Assembly (NCBI RefSeq): GCF_004010195.1
Contig: NC_057749.1
Location: 5,510,584-5,543,626 of the forward strand
Reading direction: 5' to 3'
Length of the DNA: 33,043 bases
Source: Chiloscyllium plagiosum
Taxonomy: Eukaryota
The notes beneath the pieces were generated by a model that worked only from the letters and a program-made list of their open reading frames with translations, was not told where the DNA came from and made no database searches. Each line of letters starts with the position of its first letter. Positions within the stretch are counted from its first letter, which is position 1. The position numbers and the translations under genes are program-made. Positions 32,628-33,043 of this stretch are shown here, in pieces.

Positions 32628-32974
32628 TACTGGATCAGTGGTGCTGGAAGAGCACAGCAATTCAGGCAGCATCCGAGGACAGGCAAAAATCGGCGTTTCG
32701 GGCAAAAGCCCTTCATCAGGAATAAAGGCAGAGAGCCTGAAGCGTGGAGAGATAAGCTAGAGTAGCATAGAGTACAATAGGTCAGTGGGGAAGGAGATAA
32801 AGGTGATAGGTCAGGGAGGAGAGGGTGGAGTGGATAGGTGGAAAAGGAGCTGGGCAGGTCGGACAAGTCCGGAGAAGTCAGGGGATCGTGTTGGAGGTTA
32901 GAAACTAGAATGAGGTGGGGGAAGGGGAAATGAGGAAACTGTTGAAATCCACATTGATGCCCTGGGGTTGAAGT
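32628..32974 (-). mobile_element. Inverted PLE 3' terminal repeat (ORF C-terminus, pyrimidine tract, hammerhead 32687-32723)
   Basis: Minus strand LQPQGINVDFNSFLISPSPTSF*; ATTC-CTGATGA-A-GGGC-tttt-GCCC-GAAACGCC-GATT. Confidence 0.85.
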
Positions 32975-33043
32975 GACCTCTACATCGCTGAAGCCAAACG
33001 CCAACTCGAGGACACCTCTTCCTACCGCCCCCTTGCCCATGTC
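32975..33043 (+). mobile_element. PLE ORF N-terminal RT region, continuing off the right edge
   Basis: Open frame DLYIAEAKRQLEDTSSYRPLAHV, resembling the Y..EA.RQL.D...Y segment recalled from PLE RTs. Confidence 0.75.

Noticed and set aside
32537..33040. 167-aa minus ORF
   Set aside because: Crosses an inversion junction, a PLE UTR and a SINE in a non-native frame.

Overview
Vertebrate genomic DNA, very probably from a shark or other elasmobranch (inferred from its repeat families), intronic or intergenic, with no recognisable host protein-coding gene. A large share of the window is retroposon-derived: many 5'-truncated CR1-clade LINE fragments (one carrying an intact ORF1 SGNH esterase domain), more than a dozen tRNA-headed V-SINE copies of the HE1 type, a second tRNA-headed SINE family, Deu-domain SINE remnants, L2-type tails, and Penelope-like element (PLE) material. 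The PLE material comprises one decayed RT/GIY-YIG copy, one young copy with an inverted terminal repeat at the right edge, and about ten short non-coding pieces. The most notable signal is those short pieces. They carry minimal type-I hammerhead ribozyme motifs (CTGANGA-A-stem II-GAAA-palindromic stem III). Seven are bounded by visible 8-16 bp target-site duplications, several are fold-back palindromes centred on the ribozyme, and one joins arms from two subfamilies. A perfect 34-bp hairpin inside a SINE, multi-level nested insertions and a few non-coding exon or promoter candidates are also present. Family names come from recall, not database searches, and most repeat boundaries are approximate (about +/-10-20 nt).
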